A stretch of DNA of 63,241 bases, counting the filler, from Caldilineae bacterium (GTDB taxonomy: Bacteria > Chloroflexota > Anaerolineae > DTLA01): the NCBI GenBank assembly GCA_037446815.1. It is 3 parts of 3 records of this genome, joined end to end, with 100 filler letters (N's around TTAATTAATTAA, not from the genome) between each part and the next. Parts side by side here need not be neighbours in the genome. Positions count along the whole stretch, not along the records: positions 21,913 to 43,132 come from JBBIHX010000040.1; 2 more parts are not named here. One strand, given 5' to 3'. The translations under genes and the position numbers were made by a program. This document shows positions 21,988-32,654 of this stretch, piece by piece (position 1 is the stretch's first letter; each line of letters starts with the position of its first letter). The notes beneath the pieces are model-generated. The model saw only the letters and a list, made by a program, of their open reading frames with translations. It was not told where the DNA came from and made no database searches.

Positions 21988-23016
21988 CTACGGCACAATC
22001 ACCGTCCGGGCGTCGCCCTTGAAATGCTCCAGGTTGTCCATCACCTGGTTGATGGCGGCGGCGTCCAGCGGCACGGTGCGCGCCACCACGTGCGACAGGT
22101 CCAGAATCCCACGCCGCGCCAACTCAATCAGCGTCGGCAGTTCCGACATCAGGTGATCGTCCGAACCGATGATTTCGGCCTCGCGCCCGATGAGGTCAAA
22201 GTACGAGTCCACCTCAAACGGCTTGCGCGTGATGCCCACCAGCACCGCGCGGCCGAAGATCGCCAGCGACTTCACCGCCTGCTCCATCGTCTGCGGCAGC
22301 CCGATGACCTCCAGCGCCACGTCCACGCCGCGCCCGCCCGTGAGCCGCCGAATCTCGGCCACCGGGTCGCCCTTGCCGGCGTCCACGGGGATCGCGCCGA
22401 ACCTCTCGGCCAGGCGCAACTTGTCGGGGTTGATGTCCACGGCGTACACATCCAGCGCCCCGAACGCCCGCGCAATCTGGATGGCCGACATGCCAAGCCC
22501 GCCCGCGCCGAACACCGCCACAGTCTCTCCAGCCTGGAGGCGCGACTTCCGCAGCGCGTGGAATGAGGTGGCCGACGAGCACATGAGGACGGCCCCGTGC
22601 TCAAACGGGACATCCTCGGGCAACGGCACGACGCTTCGCGCGGGGATGGCGATATACTCCGCGTAGCCGCCGTCGCGGTGCTTGCCGATCATCTTGCCCT
22701 GCACGCAGAACTGCTCGCTCCCGCGGCTGCAGAAGGCGCACTCGCCGCAGGTTACCATATAGTGAACGCAGACGCGGTCGCCCGGCCTCACGTTGGATAC
22801 CAGCGCCCCCGTCTGTTCCACGATCCCCGCGACCTCATGGCCGAGGGTTACCGGCAGTTCCCGCACCGGCGACGTCCCGGCGCGGTAGTGCACGTCCGAA
22901 TGGCAGATGCCTGCGGCTTTCACCCGCACCAGCACGTCCCGGTCGCCAATGGCGGGGACGGGGATTTCCTGCATCTGAAGGGGCTTCCCGATTTCCACCA
23001 AACGCACAGCCTTCAC
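21988..23016 (-). CDS. Zinc-dependent alcohol dehydrogenase (MDR family)
   Basis: GICHSD, LGHE, CGECAFC..C, GAGGLG. Promoter TTGACA (23077-23072)-17-CATACT. Confidence 0.9.
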   Translation of the reverse strand: MKAVRLVEIGKPLQMQEIPVPAIGDRDVLVRVKAAGICHSDVHYRAGTSPVRELPVTLGHEVAGIVEQTGALVSNVRPGDRVCVHYMVTCGECAFCSRGSEQFCVQGKMIGKHRDGGYAEYIAIPARSVVPLPEDVPFEHGAVLMCSSATSFHALRKSRLQAGETVAVFGAGGLGMSAIQIARAFGALDVYAVDINPDKLRLAERFGAIPVDAGKGDPVAEIRRLTGGRGVDVALEVIGLPQTMEQAVKSLAIFGRAVLVGITRKPFEVDSYFDLIGREAEIIGSDDHLMSELPTLIELARRGILDLSHVVARTVPLDAAAINQVMDNLEHFKGDARTVIVP

Positions 23017-23092
23017 GTTTATCCTCCTTGGGAGTTCGTTGCATGCGGAGTATGGCAGAAGTGGCCCGCGCTGTCAAGCCGCCGTCCCGCGC

Positions 23093-23192
23093 CATTCGGT
23101 TCCAAAGTCTTTTGGCATCTACTGTCATTCTGAGCGGCGAAGCCGCGAAGAATCTTGCTGACCGAGATGCTTCGCCTTCGGCTCAGCGTGAC
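23093..23192 (+). mobile_element. Partial MITE-like element, cargo type B (right end missing)
   Basis: CATTCGGTTCCAAAGTCTTTTGG followed by the type B cassette. Confidence 0.65.
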
Positions 23193-23488
23193 ACAACAGG
23201 GCTGTCATTGTGAGCGGCGAAGCGGTGAGGAATCTCCCGCCCTCACCCCCACCCTCTCCCGACGGGCGAGGGCGCCGCGGCCCCCGTCATCCTGCGCCGC
23301 GAAGAGCGAAGAATCTCCTCGTCTCCGCGCCCTCCGCGCTCTCCGTGGTGCATCTCAGCCCCCAGTCGCGCCCTGGCCGGACCATCCGCGCGCAATTGCA
23401 TTTCGCCTGCCCTGTGCTATACTTCGGGGGCAAGAGCCGCAGGCACCACGGCCAACGTCGGGGCCTTGCGCCACCCGCGAGGAGGCAC

Positions 23489-24463
23489 ATGGATCGCTCG
23501 CTACGTCTGCTGTACATCCAACGGTTGTTCTATCAGAATCCGAGGGGCTACAAGGCCTCGGAACTGGCGCGTTTGTGCGGTGTAGACCCCCGCACCATCA
23601 ACCGCGACTTGCAAGACCTCCAGGACGAGCCGTTTCGGCTTCCCCTGGTGGCCGAACCCGACTGGCGCTGGCGGCTGATGAAAGGCCACCGCTTCACCCT
23701 GCCGCCCATCCACTTCTCCCTGCAGGAGGCCGCAGCCCTGTATGTGGCAGCGTGGCTGCTGGACAGGATCAGCGACGAGCCGAACCCATTTGTTGTGCGG
23801 GCGCTGATGGCCCTGGCCGATGCGCTCCCCGCCGAGATTGGGCACGTCATCCACGAGTTGGTCGCCGACCGCATCGGCGAGGAACAATCGCCCTTCGCCC
23901 ACGCCTTTGAGGTCGTAACCCTGGGGTGGGCCACCGGGCGCAAGGTGCGGATGCGCTATCGCTCGCTGCACAGCGAGGAGATTCGCGACACGGTACTGGA
24001 ACCGTACCTGGTGGTACCCTCCTGGCCGAGCCACGCTATCTACGTCATCGGCTATGCCTCCCATGCGGGAGAGGTGCGCACGTTCAAATTGGAGCGCATC
24101 CTAGAGGCCGAACTGCTGGAGGAGACCTTCACCGTGCCTGAAGGGTTTGACACCGCCGCCCTCGTGAAGAACGCCTGGGGCATCATGTGGGGCGAGGAGA
24201 CCCAGGAGGTCGTCCTGCGATTCACTCCGGCCGTTACACGGCGCGTGAAAGAGGGCCACTGGCACGAGACTCAAGAAACAGAGGACTGCGACGACGGCGG
24301 GTGTGTCGTCCGCTTCCGTGTCGCCCATCCGGGCGAGATGAAATCGTGGATACTGGGCTGGGGCGCCGATTGCGAAGTCCTCGCGCCCCCATCGTTGCGC
24401 GCGTTGGTCGCCGAGGCGCATCGGAGCGCCGCCGCCCTGTACTCGGCATCGGAACCGGCTTGA
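23489..24463 (+). CDS. HTH-WYL-WCX transcriptional regulator (PafB/PafC-like)
   Basis: N-terminal wHTH (RTINRDLQDL), YVIGY..RTFKLERI, WILGWGADCEVLAP. Confidence 0.9.
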   Translation: MDRSLRLLYIQRLFYQNPRGYKASELARLCGVDPRTINRDLQDLQDEPFRLPLVAEPDWRWRLMKGHRFTLPPIHFSLQEAAALYVAAWLLDRISDEPNPFVVRALMALADALPAEIGHVIHELVADRIGEEQSPFAHAFEVVTLGWATGRKVRMRYRSLHSEEIRDTVLEPYLVVPSWPSHAIYVIGYASHAGEVRTFKLERILEAELLEETFTVPEGFDTAALVKNAWGIMWGEETQEVVLRFTPAVTRRVKEGHWHETQETEDCDDGGCVVRFRVAHPGEMKSWILGWGADCEVLAPPSLRALVAEAHRSAAALYSASEPA

Positions 24464-24504
24464 CACCCCCGCGCCGCGATCCGGCGCGCGGATGGAGGGT
24501 TGCT

Positions 24505-25161
24505 GTGGAGAACAAGATACGGGTCATTCTGGCCGATGACCACGCCCTGGTGCGCCAGGGCATCCGCCAATTCCTGGAAGAGGCCGAGGACATCGCCGTT
24601 GTGGCCGAGGCCGCCGATGGGGCTGAAGCCGTTCGGCTGGTGGACGAGCACCGCCCCGATGTCGCCATCCTGGACGTGCAGATGCCGAAGATGACCGGCA
24701 TTGAAGCGACGCGCCAAATCAAGGGCCGCTTCCCCGGCGTGCGCGTGCTCATCCTCACCGCGTATGACGAAGATCCCTACGTGTTCGCGCTCCTGCAGGC
24801 CGGCGCCGATGGGTACATCCTGAAATCTGCCGACGCCGATGCCCTGCTGGATGCCGTGCGGAAAGTCCACCGAGGCGAGCCTGCCCTGAGCCCAGAGGTA
24901 ACGGAGAAGGTGTTGCGGCAGTTGCAGAAAGGCGGCCCCGCCCAGGCTGCAGGGCAGGTGGAACCGCTGACGGCGCGGGAGGTTGAGGTGCTGCGGCTGG
25001 CGGCCCAGGGGCTAACCAACCGAGCCATCGGGCGCGCGCTGGGCATCAGCGATCGCACCGTGCAGGGACACCTGGCCAACATCTACGGCAAACTCAACGT
25101 CGCCAGCCGCACCGAGGCCGTTACCGAAGCGCTCAAGCGCGGCTGGATCGTGCTGGAATAG
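24505..25161 (+). CDS. NarL/FixJ-family response regulator
   Basis: ILADDH, ILDVQMP, LTAREVEVL, LNVASRTEAV. Confidence 0.93.
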   Translation: MENKIRVILADDHALVRQGIRQFLEEAEDIAVVAEAADGAEAVRLVDEHRPDVAILDVQMPKMTGIEATRQIKGRFPGVRVLILTAYDEDPYVFALLQAGADGYILKSADADALLDAVRKVHRGEPALSPEVTEKVLRQLQKGGPAQAAGQVEPLTAREVEVLRLAAQGLTNRAIGRALGISDRTVQGHLANIYGKLNVASRTEAVTEALKRGWIVLE

Positions 25162-25163
25162 CC

Positions 25164-26591
25164 ATGAGCGACCCCATGCCCCCGCCCCGCGGCAAATGGT
25201 ATCGCCGCCTGGAAGTGCAACTATGGCTATGGGCCATCCTGCCCCTGACGCTGGCCCTCGTCGCCTTCACGTTGACCGGCGTCTACAGCCACCAGCACGC
25301 CATGCACGACTTCGTGGCCGAGCGCGATTCCGCCATGGCCAGCCTGTATGCCAGGCAGATTGAAGACGGCCTGGCGCATGGGGCCGTCTATCTGGACGGC
25401 ACGGGCCTCTCCCTTCTCATCCGCGACGCGGGCATCGGCAAGCGCGGCATCATCTACGTGGTGGATGATGCGGGGCGGGTGGTCTTTCACCCCGATCCAT
25501 CCCTGGCACGCGCAGATATGTCGTCCAACCCCGCCGTGCACAGCGCCCTGCAGTCGCTCACAGGCAGCGCAGCGGGCCGCTTCCCCGACGGGACAGAGAC
25601 CATCGCCTCGTTCGCGACGGTGGGAGAAACCCGCTGGCGTGTCATCGTGGAAGAGCCGGTGGACGACGTCATCGTGCCCATCCTGCGGTTCTCCAGCCTG
25701 ATGCCCGTTCTCGTCGCCGCCGCCGTGCTCCTGTCCGTCATCGTGCTGTACTTCTCGCTGCGCACCATCGTGCGCCCGCTCCAGCGCCTGGCGGGCGCGT
25801 CGGCGCGGATCACCGGCGGCGAGTTCTCCGGCCTGCAGATTGATGTGGGCGGCGTGGAGGAAATCCGTGATCTCCAGCGCGCGCTCCGCGACATGATTGA
25901 CCGCATCCGCCGCTACCAGGAATCCATGCGCGACTACATTGAGGGAATCACGCGGGGGCAAGAGACGGAGCGGGCGCGCCTGTCGCGGGAGTTGCACGAC
26001 CAGACGGTGCAAGACCTCATCGCCATGACGCAACGGTTGCAGTTGGCCTCGCGTGCACTGGAACGCGGCGACGTGCCCGCGGCCCTGAACACCTTGCGGG
26101 CGACGCGCGCCCTGGCCCAGAACACGCTGGACGAACTCCGCAGGCTCATCCGCGCATTGCGACCGGTCTATCTTGAAGACCTGGGGTTCCTTCCCGCGCT
26201 GGAGATGTTGGTGCGCGAGATTCAGACGCCCGCCGCCGAACTCCACATGCACGGAACGCCGCGCCGACTCGCCCCCGATGTGGAACTGGCCGCCTTCCGC
26301 GTGGCGCAGGAGGCTCTGGCCAACGCCGTGCAGCACGCCAAAGCCACGCGCGTTACCCTCACCGTCTCCTTTGGCGAGCGCGACCTGACGCTGTCGGTGG
26401 AGGATGACGGCGCCGGCTTCTCCCTCCCCGATGGCCCCGATGTCCTCACCCGCGAGAGCCATTTCGGGTTGGTGGGCATGCGCGAGCGCACCCTGCTGCT
26501 GGGCGGGACGCTGGACATCCAGTCCGAGCCTGGCGCGGGCACGCGAATCACGGCCCGCTTCCCGATAGGCGAGGAATCGCCCCGCACCTGA
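25164..26591 (+). CDS. Sensor histidine kinase (Cache-like/HAMP/HisKA_3)
   Basis: Two TM segments, ERARLSRELHD, QEALANAVQHA, DDGAGF, HFGLVGMRER. Confidence 0.92.
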   Translation: MSDPMPPPRGKWYRRLEVQLWLWAILPLTLALVAFTLTGVYSHQHAMHDFVAERDSAMASLYARQIEDGLAHGAVYLDGTGLSLLIRDAGIGKRGIIYVVDDAGRVVFHPDPSLARADMSSNPAVHSALQSLTGSAAGRFPDGTETIASFATVGETRWRVIVEEPVDDVIVPILRFSSLMPVLVAAAVLLSVIVLYFSLRTIVRPLQRLAGASARITGGEFSGLQIDVGGVEEIRDLQRALRDMIDRIRRYQESMRDYIEGITRGQETERARLSRELHDQTVQDLIAMTQRLQLASRALERGDVPAALNTLRATRALAQNTLDELRRLIRALRPVYLEDLGFLPALEMLVREIQTPAAELHMHGTPRRLAPDVELAAFRVAQEALANAVQHAKATRVTLTVSFGERDLTLSVEDDGAGFSLPDGPDVLTRESHFGLVGMRERTLLLGGTLDIQSEPGAGTRITARFPIGEESPRT

Positions 26592-26741
26592 ATGCAAATC
26601 GCCCCGGAGACCGCGCCGCTTACCCGGTCGCCAACCCCGCCATTCTGCCTATACGCCATCCCGCCACAACCCCCTGTTCGCCCGCTGCGTTCTGCGTACA
26701 ATGGGCGTGTAACATAACAGACATAGGGAGGATGACAACAC

Positions 26742-27575
26742 ATGAGAGTTAGATGGATTGCCCTCACCACCATCGCGGTTACGGTCGTTGTGGTTCTGGG
26801 GCTGATGGGCGCGGCCTGGTATTTCAGCAACCGCACCGTGGCCCAAGCCCAAAGCCCTCTGGCCCCTTGGGGGCGCGGGGGAATGATGGGCGGATTCTTC
26901 GGCGGGAATACCGTCGGAACGGGCACCCCCACACCGCAAGGTCAGCGGCCAGGCGCATGGGGCCCGATGGGGATGATGGGACGCTACTACGGCAGCGCCT
27001 ACGGCGTGTCGGGCATGCCGTGCAGCGGCGGGTTCGCGACGCCGGCCAACCCGAGCGGCGAGCCGATTACCATCGCGCAGGCCCGCGAGGCCGTGGAGAA
27101 GTACATCGCCAGTCTGGGCTACAGCAACCTTGTCGTGGATGAAGTCATGGAGTTCACCCAGAACTTCTACGCCATCGTCAAGGAAACCGATACCGGCACC
27201 GGCGCCATGGAACTGCTGATAGACAAGTATTCGGGCGTTGTGGGGCCGGAATACGGGCCCAACATGATGTGGAACGCCAAGTACGGGATGCACCCCGCCG
27301 GCGCGCCCTCGTGCTGCTCCGCCGGAAGCACGGCCACAACGACGATGACCGTAACGCCGGAAGAGGCCCTCAACATCGCGCAGCGGTGGCTGGACACCTA
27401 CAGGCCCGGCACCACGGTGGAGTCTCACGCTGACCCGTTCTACGGCTACTACACCATCCACACGCTGAAGGATGGCAAGATCAGCGGCATGTTGAGCGTG
27501 CACGGCTCAACCGGCCAGGTGTGGTATCACAACTGGCACGGGGACTTCGTGCAGATGATCGGCGAAGAGTCCTAG
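26742..27575 (+). CDS. Exported Gly/Met/His-rich protein with two PepSY-like repeats
   Basis: N-terminal TM/signal, GMMG tracts, SCCS, WYHNWHG. The PepSY-like call is pattern-based. Confidence 0.65.
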   Translation: MRVRWIALTTIAVTVVVVLGLMGAAWYFSNRTVAQAQSPLAPWGRGGMMGGFFGGNTVGTGTPTPQGQRPGAWGPMGMMGRYYGSAYGVSGMPCSGGFATPANPSGEPITIAQAREAVEKYIASLGYSNLVVDEVMEFTQNFYAIVKETDTGTGAMELLIDKYSGVVGPEYGPNMMWNAKYGMHPAGAPSCCSAGSTATTTMTVTPEEALNIAQRWLDTYRPGTTVESHADPFYGYYTIHTLKDGKISGMLSVHGSTGQVWYHNWHGDFVQMIGEES

Positions 27576-27607
27576 CCTCACGCACACCAGCACGAACTTT
27601 ATCGCAC

Positions 27608-27646
27608 GAAGGCATCCGGGGCCTCCAGAGGGCTCCGGATGCCTTT
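27608..27646 (+). terminator. Intrinsic terminator
   Basis: AAGGCATCCGGGGCC...GGCTCCGGATGCCTTTT. Confidence 0.7.
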
Positions 27647-27795
27647 TGCTGCCGTGGGATGCGACCGACGACCCGCGAACGCGCCAGAGGCGTAGACGCC
27701 AGCCGCCCCACACGGAGCGGCCGCGCCCATGCGATGCGCCTCCGAACCCCCCGCGGATTTGCGCTCAGGTCCCCGTGCGCAGGGGCTGCTGCGCG

Positions 27796-28389
27796 CTACT
27801 TGAACTTGAACGCCGCCTGCATGTACTCAAAGATCTTCAGGTTCGCGTCCAGGTCCTTCTCCGGCGTGGATCCCATGAGGACCAGCACCGTGCCGTCGTC
27901 CCGCTTCGCCATGACGATGTGGGCGCCCATCTTGCCGATGTCCGGGTCTGTGCCCGTGGCGATGAGCAATTTCCCCTTGGCCCCGCTCACGGTCGTATCG
28001 CCCTGCTTGATGATCTTGACGTCCGGCTCGCTGGTGATGTCCATATCGGCCATGGCGGCGTCCAGGTCATCCAGCCCCATGGAGCCGGCCATGGACGACG
28101 GCACAACCATCAGGACGAAGATGGGGTTGTCCTTCGCCACGCTTGTAAAGTCAAAATTGGTCAGATCTGTGGCCTCAATTTGCCCCGCGGAGAAGAACGC
28201 CATGCTGACGCCCATCATGTCCAGGCTGTTCTTCTGCCAGGCGCTCGGGTATTCCAACACGAAGGTGTCGGTCTCGTACTTCTGCATGGCGACGGGAGGC
28301 TTGCCGGCGCCACCCCCGCCGCCTCCGCAGGCCGCCAGCAGGACGGCGGCCGCAACGAGGGCCACAACCAGGTACCGTTTCTTGTTCAT
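27796..28389 (-). CDS. Lipoprotein of unknown function
   Basis: MNKKR plus hydrophobic core plus LAAC lipobox. RBS AAAGGAG. Confidence 0.75.
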   Translation of the reverse strand: MNKKRYLVVALVAAAVLLAACGGGGGGAGKPPVAMQKYETDTFVLEYPSAWQKNSLDMMGVSMAFFSAGQIEATDLTNFDFTSVAKDNPIFVLMVVPSSMAGSMGLDDLDAAMADMDITSEPDVKIIKQGDTTVSGAKGKLLIATGTDPDIGKMGAHIVMAKRDDGTVLVLMGSTPEKDLDANLKIFEYMQAAFKFK

Positions 28390-28650
28390 ACAATCTCCTT
28401 TCGCAGTCGCGGCAGAGGGGCACCGCATGGGGCATTCTACCACCGACTGATGGGCGGCGCAAGCCCATCTCGCTTCGCCCGCGAGGACAGATGGGCTGCA
28501 ACGTGCGACGCACTTCCGAAGTGCGTCGCACGTTATCTATTCGCGTGGATTCGTGCCACTCGCGGTTACAAGAACCGTCATCCTGACGCGCGGAGCGCCG
28601 AAGGATCTCGCCCTATCCGCGCAATCCGTGCCATCCGTGGATACGGCGGG

Positions 28651-30021
28651 CTACCGCACCTTGCCACGCGCCAGCGACGCGAAAATCCCCCCGAAGCACA
28701 AGGCCGCGAACGTAACGAAGGCGGTATGCGCGGCCTGCACAAACCGCGCGTAGTGCATCGGCGTAATCTGCACGCGCCCCACCATCAGCGTCAGGATGAG
28801 CATCACGATGCCCATGCTCAACATCTGGCCGATGATGCGCATGGTCCCTTGGGTTGCCGAGGCCACGCCGTAGAACCGCCGCTCCACGGAACTCATGATG
28901 GCGTTCGTGTTCGGCGAGGAGAACAGCGCGAACCCCAGTCCGAGGAACAGCAGGCTGGCGACGATGAACGACAGGGGCGTCGTCGCGTTCAGCAGCGTCA
29001 ACAGGACGAGGCCGACAACGTTGAGGGCCATGCCGATGGAGGCAACAATGCGCGGCTCTATGCGGTCGGACAAGCGGCCCGCCAGCGGCGAGAAGAGCGC
29101 CTGCATCGCCGGCTGGGCGATGAGCACAAACCCCGCCTGTTGCGGCGTGAGGGCCTTGATGTACTGGAGGTACAGGCTGAGGAGGAATCCGATGGCCGCC
29201 GTAGCCGCGTAATTGATGAGGGCGGCCACGCTGGAGAAGGCAAAAACGCGGTTGTAGCGGAACAGGGCCACATCCAGGACGGGATAGGAAGCGCGCGATT
29301 CCCAGACGGCGAATGCGGCGATACCCGCCAGCCCCGCCGCCACGAGGGCCGCCCCCAGCCCCCCTGGCAACTGCGAGAAGCCGTACACCAGCGCGGCCAG
29401 CCCCACGCCGTAGATAGCGGACCCCGCCCAGTCAAACGGTTCCCCTCTCGCCTCGGCCCACTCGCCTTTGAGATTGGCCACGGTGAAGGCGATGATGAGG
29501 GCGCACAGCGGCACGTTGGCGAAGAACACGCTCCGCCAGCCCAGGTTCTGCGTCAGCAGTCCGCCGAGCACCGGCCCCAGCGACAGGCCTAGGTAAACCG
29601 ATGCCACGTTGATGCCCAGCGCCTGGCCTCGCTGCTGCGGCGGGAAGACTGACGTCAGGATCGCCATGCCCGTGCCGAAGAGCATGGCCCCGCCGATGCC
29701 CTGGAGCACGCGCAGCAGGATGAGGGCCATGCCCGACGTGGCGAGGCCGCACAGAAGCGAGAAGAGGCCGAAGATGACCACGCCCCACAGGAACACCTTC
29801 TTGCGCCCGTGGATATCGGCGACGCGCCCGAAGGGCACGAGGAACATGGCCGAGGACAGGCTGTAGGCCATGGCGATCCAGGAGAGCGTTACGGCGTCCA
29901 TGGCCAACGCCTTGCCGATGGACGGCAGGGCAATGTTGATGGCCGACCCCATGAACGGGGTGAGGAACGAGCCCGTAGACACGACGATGAGGGCAGTGCG
30001 TTTGCTGACGGCGTTCTGCAT
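28651..30021 (-). CDS. MFS transporter (DHA2-like)
   Basis: GRVADIHGRKK, LRVLQGIGGA, FSSPNTNAIMSSV and about 14 TM segments. Confidence 0.9.
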   Translation of the reverse strand: MQNAVSKRTALIVVSTGSFLTPFMGSAINIALPSIGKALAMDAVTLSWIAMAYSLSSAMFLVPFGRVADIHGRKKVFLWGVVIFGLFSLLCGLATSGMALILLRVLQGIGGAMLFGTGMAILTSVFPPQQRGQALGINVASVYLGLSLGPVLGGLLTQNLGWRSVFFANVPLCALIIAFTVANLKGEWAEARGEPFDWAGSAIYGVGLAALVYGFSQLPGGLGAALVAAGLAGIAAFAVWESRASYPVLDVALFRYNRVFAFSSVAALINYAATAAIGFLLSLYLQYIKALTPQQAGFVLIAQPAMQALFSPLAGRLSDRIEPRIVASIGMALNVVGLVLLTLLNATTPLSFIVASLLFLGLGFALFSSPNTNAIMSSVERRFYGVASATQGTMRIIGQMLSMGIVMLILTLMVGRVQITPMHYARFVQAAHTAFVTFAALCFGGIFASLARGKVR

Positions 30022-30132
30022 GGCGCATGCTCCGACGTGAGATCCTCGTGGGCGCGGGGTGTGCCCGGCCCGCCACACGTGTGCAGCCACCATTGTAGCA
30101 CCGTCGCCACGCAACGCCAAACCGCCCGCCTT

Positions 30133-30161
30133 TTGACGTACCCGCGCCGCGGTGCTATACT
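30133..30161 (+). promoter_or_regulatory. sigma70 promoter of tdh-kbl
   Basis: TTGACG-17-TATACT with an extended TG. Confidence 0.65.
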
Positions 30162-30221
30162 TCGCCCACGCCATAGCCTGCAAAGACGCAAATACCAGAC
30201 TGCACGAAGGAGAGTAGTCGT

Positions 30222-31265
30222 ATGGCTGAGAAAATGCGCGCCGTGCGCAAGGTCCGGCCCGGTCCAGGGCTGGAAATGACCGAGATTGACATCCCTCGCA
30301 TCAAGCCCAACGAAGTCCTCGTCAAGGTCCGCGCCACATCCATCTGCGGCACCGACGTGCACATCTACAAGTGGGACGCCTGGTCCCAGAGCCGCATCAA
30401 GCCGCCCATCACCATCGGCCACGAGTTCTGCGGCGACGTGGTGGAAGTGGGCAGCGAAGTCCGCTCCCTCAAGGTCGGCGACTTCATCTCGGCCGATAGC
30501 CACATCTACGACGGCACCTGCCACGTCTGCCGCAACGGCCAGCCCCACATCTGCCAGAACCTGGTCATCTTCGGCGTGGACACCAACGGCTCCTACGCCG
30601 AATACGTGGCCGTGCCCGAAACCTCCGCCTGGAAGAACGACCCGGACCTGGACCCCGCCATCGGCTCCATTCAGGACCCGCTGGGCAACGCCGTGTACGC
30701 CGTCCTGTGCGAACCCATCACCGGCAAGTCCGTCGCCATCTTCGGCGATGGCCCCATCGGCCTGTTCGCCATCGGCGTGGCGCGGGCGTCGGGCGCGAGC
30801 CGCATCTACCACGTGGGCAAGTACCCCGCCCGCATCGCCATCGGGCAGCAGATGGGCACTGATGTCGCCATCAACGTCGCCGATGGTGGCGTGGTGGAGC
30901 GCATCATGGACGATACCCACGGCCTGGGCGTGGATGTCGCCATTGAGATGACCGGCAACCAGACCGCCGTGGATCAGTCGCTGGCCGTCCTGCGCAAGGG
31001 CGGGCGCTGGGTCGCCTTCGGCATCCCCTCCCAGCCCATCACGATTGACCTGAACAAGAGCGTCATCTTCAAGGGCATCACCATCTACGGCATCAACGGG
31101 CGGCAACTGTGGCAGTCCTGGATGCAGATGCAAGGGCTGTTCCGCGCCGGATTTGACCCATCCCCTGTGATCACGCATAAAATCAAACTGGATGAATTCC
31201 AGAAGGGGTTTGACCTGATGACGGCCTCGGATCGCCAGGCCGCCAAAATCGTCATGTATCCGTAG
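30222..31265 (+). CDS. tdh: L-threonine 3-dehydrogenase
   Basis: SICGTDVHIYKWDAW, GHEF, DPLGNAV, GINGR. Adjacent to kbl. Confidence 0.9.
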   Translation: MAEKMRAVRKVRPGPGLEMTEIDIPRIKPNEVLVKVRATSICGTDVHIYKWDAWSQSRIKPPITIGHEFCGDVVEVGSEVRSLKVGDFISADSHIYDGTCHVCRNGQPHICQNLVIFGVDTNGSYAEYVAVPETSAWKNDPDLDPAIGSIQDPLGNAVYAVLCEPITGKSVAIFGDGPIGLFAIGVARASGASRIYHVGKYPARIAIGQQMGTDVAINVADGGVVERIMDDTHGLGVDVAIEMTGNQTAVDQSLAVLRKGGRWVAFGIPSQPITIDLNKSVIFKGITIYGINGRQLWQSWMQMQGLFRAGFDPSPVITHKIKLDEFQKGFDLMTASDRQAAKIVMYP

Positions 31266-31306
31266 CCATTAGCCCATAGCCATTAGAGAGGAGCGACTTC
31301 AGGACT

Positions 31307-32491
31307 ATGACGACCGACAAATTCGCGTTTATTGACGAGGAAACCGCCGCGCTCAAGGAGCAAGGCCTGTATATCAACATCCGCACCATCGGCTCGCCCC
31401 AGGGCGCCTGGACGGTGGTGGACGGGCGGAAGGTGCTCAACTTCTGCGTCAACAACTACCTGGGCTTCGCCAATCACCCCAAACTCAAAGAGGCCGCCAA
31501 GCGCGCCATAGACGAGTGGGGCGTGGGGCCTGCCGCCGTCCGCTCCATCGCCGGCACCATGACGCTCCACGTGGAGTTTGAGAAGCGCATGGCCGCGTTC
31601 AAGGGCGTGGAGGCCGCCGTGTCCTTCCAATCGGGCTTCTGCGCCAACCTCGCCGCCATCCCCTCGCTGGTCGGGCCGGAGGATGTCATCTTCTCCGACG
31701 AACTCAACCACGCCAGCATCATTGACGGGTGTCGCCTGTCGCGAGCCAAGATCGTGCGCTATCCCCACTGCGACCCCGACGGGCTGGAGGAGGTCATCCG
31801 CGCCGAGCCGAAGACCTACCGCCGCGCCCTCGTCGTTACCGATGGCGTGTTCTCCATGGACGGCGACGTGGCCCCGCTGGACAAACTGTACGAAGTAACC
31901 CAGCGCCACAACTTCATCCTCATGGTGGACGATGCCCACGGCGAAGGTGTTCTGGGCAAAGGCGGGCGCGGCATCGTGGATCACTTCCACCTCCACGGCA
32001 AGGTGGATGTGGAAGTAGGCACGCTCTCCAAGGCGTTCGGCGTTGTCGGCGGCGTGGTCGCCGGCAGCCAGCGCGTCGTGGACTACCTGCGGCAGAAGGC
32101 GCGGCCGTTCCTATTCTCCAGCGCCGTAACCCCTGCCGATGTTGCCGCGTGCATCGCCGCGGTGGACGTGCTGGAGGAATCCACCGAATTGGTGGATCGC
32201 CTGTGGGACAACACGCGCTACTTCAAGAGCGAGATGAAGCGCCTGGGGTTTGACACGGGCGTGAGCACTACGCCCATCACCCCCGTCATGCTCGGCGAGG
32301 CCCCGCTGGCCAAGGAGTTCTCGCGGCGGCTGTTTGAAAACGGCCTGTTCGCCATGGCGCTGGGGTTCCCCACCGTGCCCCGCGGCAAGGCCCGCATCCG
32401 CGTCATGATCTCCGCCGTCCACACCCGCGACGACCTGGACAAAGGGCTGGAGATCTTCGCGAAGGTGGGGAAGGAGTTGGGCGTCATCTAG
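31307..32491 (+). CDS. kbl: Glycine C-acetyltransferase (2-amino-3-ketobutyrate CoA ligase)
   Basis: [42 protein letters not shown]. Confidence 0.92.
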   Translation: MTTDKFAFIDEETAALKEQGLYINIRTIGSPQGAWTVVDGRKVLNFCVNNYLGFANHPKLKEAAKRAIDEWGVGPAAVRSIAGTMTLHVEFEKRMAAFKGVEAAVSFQSGFCANLAAIPSLVGPEDVIFSDELNHASIIDGCRLSRAKIVRYPHCDPDGLEEVIRAEPKTYRRALVVTDGVFSMDGDVAPLDKLYEVTQRHNFILMVDDAHGEGVLGKGGRGIVDHFHLHGKVDVEVGTLSKAFGVVGGVVAGSQRVVDYLRQKARPFLFSSAVTPADVAACIAAVDVLEESTELVDRLWDNTRYFKSEMKRLGFDTGVSTTPITPVMLGEAPLAKEFSRRLFENGLFAMALGFPTVPRGKARIRVMISAVHTRDDLDKGLEIFAKVGKELGVI

Positions 32492-32654
32492 TGCGAGGCG
32501 TTCGGAGCGCACCCTGGCTGCGATCGCGCCGCGCCTCTGCGGTGCAGGAAGGTTCACCGCGGAGAACGCAAAGCACGCAGAGAGTACGCAGAATCTGTCC
32601 TGTGTTTCTCTGCGTCCTCTCTACGTCTCGGCGGTGATAAGAACCCGTAGGGCG

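Noticed and set aside
23093..23391. A full-length MITE extending to the WYL promoter
   Set aside because: No recognisable right inverted repeat and only a weak 6/8 flank match, so it is kept as a partial element.
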